Below are positions 57,236-64,000 of a stretch of DNA of 64,000 nucleotides, piece after piece (position 1 is the stretch's first letter; each line of letters opens with the position of its first letter). Source of the DNA: a virus; IMG/VR virus record IMGVR_UViG_3300023116_000009, positions 96,001 through 160,000 of that record, one strand, 5' to 3'. Both the position numbers and the translations under genes were made by a program. The notes under the pieces are model-generated. The model made no database searches, was not told the origin of the DNA, and saw nothing but the letters and a program-made list of their open reading frames with translations.

Positions 57236-58006
57236 TCAATCTCTCTCAGTTACTACTGCGACTACATTTCCAACCCAACGTACACCAGTGCCTACACTCT
57301 CCAATGTTCCATTAGAAGATACAGTTGCTTGGAATGAAAATTCTTTTGTGGTTTGGTTCACACTTGGAACCAAAGTCCATGTATGTCCTGGTGGAACATT
57401 ATCTCTTACGATTGTAGATGAAATTGCTGCAATGGATAAGGTTTGATCTGCAACATCATCAGTAAGAACAGCAGATTCAATTTTGATTGCATATTCCCAC
57501 TTATTGCCATAACTAGTAAATTCTACATCACCCAATGTTGGATTTGCCGCATCTACTGGAGTGCCAACATCAAAGGTAAAATTATCAGCATCAACTACAA
57601 CAACTTGATAAGAACCATTAGCAGCAGATCCTGCAGTATCAAAACTTGCAGTAATTGAATCTCCTGTGGTCAATCCATGGTCAGCAAGAGACACTGTTAC
57701 AATTGATTCATTTGCATTGATAACATAAAGACCAATTGGATATCCTTCCCAGGTTCCAATTGCAAATGTGGTAATAAACGCTACTTTATTTCTATCAATT
57801 ACGTGAGCAGGATTAAATGATGTAGATCCAACGGTGTCGTTCAAAGTTGCAAATGCAACATACTCCTTTTTAAATGCTGTAGTATTTAAAACGTTAGTAA
57901 CCTTAACAGAGTTAGCATCGATGATGTCTCTGTTTGCATCAATGATGGTGGCTTCTTTTACTGAGAAACCACCCTCAGATTGTAATGACTTTAGAACTCT
58001 TGCCAT
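57236..58006 (-). CDS. Probable virion structural protein
   Basis: Lies among fibre genes; internal HGLTTGD small beta-domain. Confidence 0.65.
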   Translation of the reverse strand: MARVLKSLQSEGGFSVKEATIIDANRDIIDANSVKVTNVLNTTAFKKEYVAFATLNDTVGSTSFNPAHVIDRNKVAFITTFAIGTWEGYPIGLYVINANESIVTVSLADHGLTTGDSITASFDTAGSAANGSYQVVVVDADNFTFDVGTPVDAANPTLGDVEFTSYGNKWEYAIKIESAVLTDDVADQTLSIAAISSTIVRDNVPPGHTWTLVPSVNQTTKEFSFQATVSSNGTLESVGTGVRWVGNVVAVVTERD

Positions 58007-58008
58007 TT

Positions 58009-61000
58009 TTATCTCTTAACAGTGTGGGAAACGATCTTAATATTGTATGTAGTTCTGTTCTCAATAGCAGAGGCAAAACTTACAGTTTCATCTGCAGATG
58101 CAGAAATGTTACTGGTTGTAGAAGCACTGGTAACAAAGATATCATGTAAATCACCATTGCCATCTGCTCTAGTTCCAATAAAGATTACATCCAAATCACC
58201 AGCATTGAGTAGATTGCCATCATAATTAACTGGTTGATCTAATGCTGCATAAGTTCTGGATCTGGAGGTATAACTTAAAGTATCACCATCAGCAATGATA
58301 ACACCTTGAATATTTTGCTCTCCATCATTAGTCGAGGAGTAATCCAACGCTACGTTGAACAAGAATTGCCCATCTGCAGGATTGCTTGCTACACTGAAGA
58401 TTTCAGAATCAATACCAGTAGAAACTACTAATCCAACTTCTGACAGATCACTCAGATCATAATATCTTGCTTGAATTTGAGAAGTTGAAGTATCATAGTA
58501 CATCTTCAATACTCTGGTCGTTCCAACTACTGCCCACTGAACACCATTACCAGAACCGATACCAACAGTGGTTACTGCAGTTAATGTTGAACCATTAACA
58601 GAATACTTTCTAACTACTCCTGAAGTAAAGTTTACATATAAGTAAGTGCCGTCAGTAAATGCATCTTGCAGTCCAGTACCACCAAGTAATAGAGATGGGG
58701 TTGACCAAGATACGCTATTAGTAGAACCGCCAGTGACAGTTCCGTTTACTTGATATACTCCAGAAGTAGTATGATAAACAATAATCATTCTTCCATTAAC
58801 ACTCAAGATTCTGCATGTTCTTGCATCTCTACCACCATTTAAGCTATAAATCAGAATACTATCAGAGGTAAATGTGCCAAGCGATCCAAATGTGATATTA
58901 CTATTATTAGGGTCTACGTCCCCAACAATATAATCTCCACTGTTTGACGCCCATACGATTCTATTTGTTGCAGAATCAAATGCCATAGAAGCATGATCAG
59001 AATTGCCAGTAGCAGTTAACGGAATTTGTGTGCCAAAAACAACACCATTATCACTTACTGTACCAACTCTAAATCCACCAGTAGCGAAATTGGCATTGTC
59101 ATTGGCATAAATTACAACTCTATCTGCATCGGTATCAATAACTGATGCAATATTTTTAGTAAAGAATGTTGAAGACGTAATATCTGCAGATCTTTCTGCT
59201 GCAACAGGAATGTAAGTATCTGTTGCACTTCCAAGTTCGGTAACTCTTACTTGAACATTTGAACCTGACAGATCTGCTTCAATGTCAGCAAGAACTACAT
59301 CAGTATACAATTTATTACTTTCAGTATAAATGATATCTTCACCATTACCTCTGATTAAGTAAGAAACTTCAGAGTATTGCTTTCTTGGATATGCATCTGG
59401 AATTGGGAACTGCTCTTCAACCTCAACCATAAATTTACCTGACCATGCTTCTGCCCATGGGAACATAGTTGCAGAAACAATGTTACCAGCAGCAGCATCT
59501 AAAGTAGATGTTTGAGTAAAGATCTTAGTGTTTGCAAGTTCCAGTTTTTGAAGACCTGCATCAAGAACAGTTAAGTAATTGTCTGCAGTAGAAGAGAATC
59601 CTCTATTGATTTGCAGAGCACCACCATTGGTTAACTTAAGAAGTTGATAAGAATCTGAAGATGCTGGTTCAAATCCAAATGTCAATGCGTCTCTATCAGT
59701 TTTAATGATTTCGTCAGTTGCACTAGAAGTAATCTCTAATTGATTAGTGCTAATAGTGAACTTGCCATTAACATTTAAGTTGACATTATCAACATTGGCG
59801 TTCAAATTATCATATCTGTAAGACCAATATTCAAGATTATCAACAGTTCCTGATGTGTGGGTTGGAGCAACAGTTCCTGTAGTGTGATCAGCAGTAATCC
59901 TATAAAGATTATCACCTGAGTAAATATATTGCTGAACAGTCAGAACATCATCAAGATCTGCTGTAAACTGAGTTACATCAGTTTCTGGAGTCCATTCAAT
60001 ACTGTTTCCTTCAGCGTTAGAATTAATAGTGTTGAGAGTATCAAGATTTAACTCAGTTTGACTTACTCTTAATGTTTGAGTTCCGTCATTAAAGAACCAA
60101 ACATTATTATCATCATTACCAGGAGATCTCTCACCGATTACAAAAGTATTTCCATCAACGTCTCTTACACCACCGAGAGAAACAAAGTAATTTCCATTGT
60201 ATCCTTCAAATTGATTTCTGTCAGTATTATATCTTACAGAACCTTGAAGAGGACCACCAGGGCGATTTGCATCAGTACCGACAGGAAGTGCAAGTGCTCC
60301 AGTTCCACTAATTACAACTTGAGAATTTGCCTCAGCACTTAATGTTAAATCGCCAGCAGTTGTTGAAATTGTATTATTGTTGAGTAACAGTGTAGTTGCA
60401 ATTTCAACGCCATCAGGAGATGCAACGAGTTTCTTAGCAGTGACTACACCATCTACAGCATCAAACTGAATATTATTAAATTCAGCAAGAGAATTGACTG
60501 TCAGGGAGAATCCTGCAGGGAAGTATCCATTATGAGCAATAGTTGCAGTTCCATTTGTTACAGAACTTGCAATGGATGATACTGTAAAGTTAGCGCCAGA
60601 ACCATTAGTCAATGATTGGACAACAATTGTAACCGTGGTTGGATCATCTACAGGATCTCCACCCTCTTCTGGATCGCCACCGCCACCGCCACCAAACAGA
60701 GAACCATCAAATTCAATCAGTTCACCAACTTGATAACCAATACCATTGGAAAGAATTACTGCAGATGAAATATTTCCAGTAGCATCTGATGTGAATCTAA
60801 TTAAAATATTTGCACCTGTTCCACTAGTTCCAGTTTGATTCAAATCGTAAGTTTGTGTGTCACCATATGCACCATTATCACCACCGCTTGCAATAGCAAT
60901 TGTTGCAGCACCCGTATTGATATAGTCATTATCCAGAGTAAATGCATCCCCGACTTGGAATAAATCACCAGAGAGATTGCCACTTGGACTAATAGAAGTT

Positions 61001-63999
61001 ACTGTACCCGCACCATTGGTGGTAATGTCTACAAGAAGACCAGTTCCTTCACCAGTGGTTGCTTCACATTGAACGCCTTCAATTGTTGCACCTGAAGGAT
61101 AACCAGAACCACCACTAACAGTGTTGATACCAGAAACGCCATCTTGTCCAAATGATGGAACTACAGTTCCAGTGGTTCCAGCGCCAGTTACTTCATATGC
61201 GTACTCACCAGCATAAAATTCTTGTCCAACACTTACTGCTGCTTCTGTTGGGAATAGTGTAAACCCAAGTGCTGCAGCGTCATAGTAACTTGATGGAAGA
61301 TCAAGAACGTCATCTACAGAATAACCAGCACCGAGGTCAACAACATTTACATATGAGACCGAATTCAATCTCTTTACAGTATATTCTACTGGAACTGCTG
61401 GAGCAGAAATTGTTGTTAACAGACCTGAAGTTGGATCAGTATACTGCATGTCTGTGTAGTTAACTGTGAGAACATCTCCAATTAAATACCCAGAACCTGG
61501 AGAAGTAATGTTAAATTCAGTAACAACTCCACCTTCAACCAAAATCCTTGCTTGTGCATTAGAACCTGTTCCTGTAGCACCGATATTATTAACTCTAATA
61601 GCGAACCCAGATCCAGTAGACACAGTTTGTGCTGAGAATGCTGCACCTGAACCATATGTTACTGATGCAATATTAATCTGTCCAACCATACTTGCATGGT
61701 TACCACAAATATAATAATAAGTTCCAGGAACTGTTAAAGAAGTATCAAAACTTACAGTGCCACTTTCTGCACCATTATTAGTTGCTGGGAGAACATATGC
61801 AGCGTTAAATCCATTAGTTTGTGCATCTAATTGAGATACCAAATAGAATGGGTGACCAGCAGCACTTACTGAGAATGAAATAGTATCTCCAAGGTTTACA
61901 TTGATACTTGGATTGCTTGCACTGGTGTATGTGGTGTTTCTATCATCACCACTAATTACATAGTTAGTGCTACCATTGTTTGTAACTGTATATGTGAATG
62001 TCAGGTTTTCATACAGGTCTGAATCTGCAACAGTAAAGGTATCAGAGGTTGTATATCCACCACCACCTTGATTAACAGTTGCAGACGTTACAACTCCACC
62101 AGACACTACAACGTTAGCAGTAGCACCAGATCCAGAACCTAACGTGTTTACTAACGCAACATCACTATAAGTACCATCTGGATAACCAGTTCCTGCTAAA
62201 GAAACTCCAAGAGTTCCAGAAAGTTTACTTCCTCCAACATTAGCAGTATCAACACCAAGAAGATCCGATACTGCATATCCAGAACCTCTAGAGTTAATAA
62301 CAACAGAAGTTACTTGACCATTTTCAATAGTAAAGTCGCCTGTTGCTGAACTTCCAGTTCCTGCAGTAAGAGCAACGTTGAAATAAGTTCCATCAACATA
62401 CCCACTACCTGGGGTGAGTGTTCCAAATACAGTGATTGCACCAGATGCAACACTTACATACTGAACTGGAACGTTTAAATATTCCTCATTATAATAACCA
62501 GATCCTGGTTGTGTAATATTACCAGTAAACGCAACTGTTACATTTGCAGTAAAGTCAGCGCCAGTACCACCTCTGAAAAGAACATTATTAGTAGTGCCAA
62601 TTGTATATCCTCTACCTGGAGTAATTGTATATTCATCAATTGCTTTATTGATTAAATCTACTGGTTTGAAGAAACTAATCTGCTGAGTAGTTTGCTTCAT
62701 GATAGGACCATTATATCCTACCGTAGTAATTTCATTAAGATTGCTCTTATAGAAACCAAGTTTTTCGTCGCTATCAAAAGTAATTGATGGAGCAATCTCT
62801 GTGCCATCATTAACTAAAATTCTACCATCAAATCTACTATCACCAGTTACAGTAAATTTCTCATCAAATGTAGATGAGATGTCATCAGGTCCTGGATCAG
62901 TTCCGATGCTTACAACCGATCCAGCATCAGTTGCTAAGAATACGTGATTATAAATTTTAGCGGTGCTATTAACTTCAAATGTATAATCTTCAATGACTAC
63001 TGGGTCTGTGGGTCCTAAGATACTAACTTTATTATTAGTAGCATCAATTTGGAGCAGATCGGTGTCAAATGCTACACTTGCACCAATCTGTGATGGATTA
63101 TTTGGATCTCCAACTACGGTCAATCTACCGTTTGTACCAAGGTCTCCTTGGACAGTAAGGTTGCCAGAAGTTCCAATGCCACCAGAAGCAGTTAATGTAC
63201 CACTAACTGTAAGATTCTGAGCACTAACTGTTGATAAAGTTGTTGTTCCAAGTGCTGAGAAATTTTCATTGACAGTAACGTTGGTATTGAATGTACCACC
63301 TTCTGCGGTAATATTACCTGTTTTTGTCAGCGAAAGGAAGTTTTCTAATAATGCTGTACCAATAGCAATGGATCCATTTTGACCATACTCGGTATCTGCA
63401 GTAGTGTCAATGGAGTTGCCCATTCCAGAGTGAATGGTGCAATAGTAGTATAGAGTTCCTGGAGTATCACCAGTTACAATAATATAAGCACCGTTGTTAC
63501 CATTTAATGGTCCAGATAACGTAGTATATGCTGTTCCACCATTATGAATACCATCATTAGTTTCTGAGATTGTAAATGGATGATCAGCGTATGTTGCCGT
63601 ATATGTTGCGTCTGGAGTGACTGTAAATCTGTAAAGTGTATCCTTATTTAAAGTTAAAGCAGGCGCTTCTACATATCCACTACCAGTGTTAATCCAGTAG
63701 GCATTACCACCACCGCCAGATTTGGGGCGAATCTGAACATTGTATGTTACGGTTGTACCAATACCAACCAGGGTATCATTGGAAGCAAGTTCAAAGTAAG
63801 GTTGAACTAATTCACCTGATAAATATCCTTCACCTGCAAGTGCATCATCTGTTCCTTCATCAACAATATTGGCACTGCTCAGGAATTGAATATTGCTAAA
63901 TTCAAATACAAATCCATTTCCACCACCAGGAACAGTTGCAGTAATTGCATCTCCAATAGTATATCCAGTTCCACTCCAAGTTCCAGATGGAGTAACAGA
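58009..63999 (-). CDS. Large virion structural/baseplate-fibre protein, 5' end beyond the window
   Basis: Translated by hand, the frame stays open from 63999 to the track start at 63423 (...YYYCTIHSGMGNS); many GSGY..G(D/E) repeats and two cupredoxin-like motifs. Confidence 0.8.
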   Translation of the reverse strand, partial: SVTPSGTWSGTGYTIGDAITATVPGGGNGFVFEFSNIQFLSSANIVDEGTDDALAGEGYLSGELVQPYFELASNDTLVGIGTTVTYNVQIRPKSGGGGNAYWINTGSGYVEAPALTLNKDTLYRFTVTPDATYTATYADHPFTISETNDGIHNGGTAYTTLSGPLNGNNGAYIIVTGDTPGTLYYYCTIHSGMGNSIDTTADTEYGQNGSIAIGTALLENFLSLTKTGNITAEGGTFNTNVTVNENFSALGTTTLSTVSAQNLTVSGTLTASGGIGTSGNLTVQGDLGTNGRLTVVGDPNNPSQIGASVAFDTDLLQIDATNNKVSILGPTDPVVIEDYTFEVNSTAKIYNHVFLATDAGSVVSIGTDPGPDDISSTFDEKFTVTGDSRFDGRILVNDGTEIAPSITFDSDEKLGFYKSNLNEITTVGYNGPIMKQTTQQISFFKPVDLINKAIDEYTITPGRGYTIGTTNNVLFRGGTGADFTANVTVAFTGNITQPGSGYYNEEYLNVPVQYVSVASGAITVFGTLTPGSGYVDGTYFNVALTAGTGSSATGDFTIENGQVTSVVINSRGSGYAVSDLLGVDTANVGGSKLSGTLGVSLAGTGYPDGTYSDVALVNTLGSGSGATANVVVSGGVVTSATVNQGGGGYTTSDTFTVADSDLYENLTFTYTVTNNGSTNYVISGDDRNTTYTSASNPSINVNLGDTISFSVSAAGHPFYLVSQLDAQTNGFNAAYVLPATNNGAESGTVSFDTSLTVPGTYYYICGNHASMVGQINIASVTYGSGAAFSAQTVSTGSGFAIRVNNIGATGTGSNAQARILVEGGVVTEFNITSPGSGYLIGDVLTVNYTDMQYTDPTSGLLTTISAPAVPVEYTVKRLNSVSYVNVVDLGAGYSVDDVLDLPSSYYDAAALGFTLFPTEAAVSVGQEFYAGEYAYEVTGAGTTGTVVPSFGQDGVSGINTVSGGSGYPSGATIEGVQCEATTGEGTGLLVDITTNGAGTVTSISPSGNLSGDLFQVGDAFTLDNDYINTGAATIAIASGGDNGAYGDTQTYDLNQTGTSGTGANILIRFTSDATGNISSAVILSNGIGYQVGELIEFDGSLFGGGGGGDPEEGGDPVDDPTTVTIVVQSLTNGSGANFTVSSIASSVTNGTATIAHNGYFPAGFSLTVNSLAEFNNIQFDAVDGVVTAKKLVASPDGVEIATTLLLNNNTISTTAGDLTLSAEANSQVVISGTGALALPVGTDANRPGGPLQGSVRYNTDRNQFEGYNGNYFVSLGGVRDVDGNTFVIGERSPGNDDNNVWFFNDGTQTLRVSQTELNLDTLNTINSNAEGNSIEWTPETDVTQFTADLDDVLTVQQYIYSGDNLYRITADHTTGTVAPTHTSGTVDNLEYWSYRYDNLNANVDNVNLNVNGKFTISTNQLEITSSATDEIIKTDRDALTFGFEPASSDSYQLLKLTNGGALQINRGFSSTADNYLTVLDAGLQKLELANTKIFTQTSTLDAAAGNIVSATMFPWAEAWSGKFMVEVEEQFPIPDAYPRKQYSEVSYLIRGNGEDIIYTESNKLYTDVVLADIEADLSGSNVQVRVTELGSATDTYIPVAAERSADITSSTFFTKNIASVIDTDADRVVIYANDNANFATGGFRVGTVSDNGVVFGTQIPLTATGNSDHASMAFDSATNRIVWASNSGDYIVGDVDPNNSNITFGSLGTFTSDSILIYSLNGGRDARTCRILSVNGRMIIVYHTTSGVYQVNGTVTGGSTNSVSWSTPSLLLGGTGLQDAFTDGTYLYVNFTSGVVRKYSVNGSTLTAVTTVGIGSGNGVQWAVVGTTRVLKMYYDTSTSQIQARYYDLSDLSEVGLVVSTGIDSEIFSVASNPADGQFLFNVALDYSSTNDGEQNIQGVIIADGDTLSYTSRSRTYAALDQPVNYDGNLLNAGDLDVIFIGTRADGNGDLHDIFVTSASTTSNISASADETVSFASAIENRTTYNIKIVSHTVKR

Positions 64000-64000
64000 A

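Noticed and set aside
528-63220. The many other 60-160 aa alternate-frame ORFs in the track
   Set aside because: They lie fully within well-supported genes and lack an RBS, promoters or motifs.
1-64000. tRNA, rRNA, CRISPR array, diversity-generating retroelement or invertible repeat
   Set aside because: No T-loop/anticodon cloverleaf, regularly spaced repeats, reverse transcriptase or recombinase was seen by eye; tRNAscan-SE and a self dot-plot would be decisive.

Overview
This 64 kb window is part of the genome of a T4-like marine cyanomyovirus (Kyanoviridae-type, Synechococcus/Prochlorococcus host inferred from pebS and gene order). Nearly all genes are on the minus strand. Read right to left it contains: large virion fibre/baseplate proteins (>1990 aa partial, 3508 aa, 1173 aa); neck/terminase/tail/head genes (gp13-gp23, gp3); recombination, transcription and replication genes (uvsY, uvsW, gp55, gp47, gp46, gp45, gp44, gp62, regA, gp43, uvsX); and accessory genes (MoxR/CobS-like AAA+ with a VWA-metallopeptidase partner, pebS, speD, dam, hsp20, two 2OG-Fe(II) oxygenases). 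The best second-look candidates are: (1) a Pol-beta-type nucleotidyltransferase with its own late promoter, embedded among Sm-like paralogues upstream of gp43; (2) an ~80 nt promoter-pseudoknot-terminator unit and a fourU-like leader upstream of hsp20; (3) a PD-(D/E)xK-like ORF coupled to Dam; (4) amicyanin-type copper-ligand motifs in a virion protein; (5) a late cluster of exported/membrane proteins. No tRNA, rRNA, CRISPR array, intron or intein was recognised. All family assignments come from motif recognition by eye; no database search was run.
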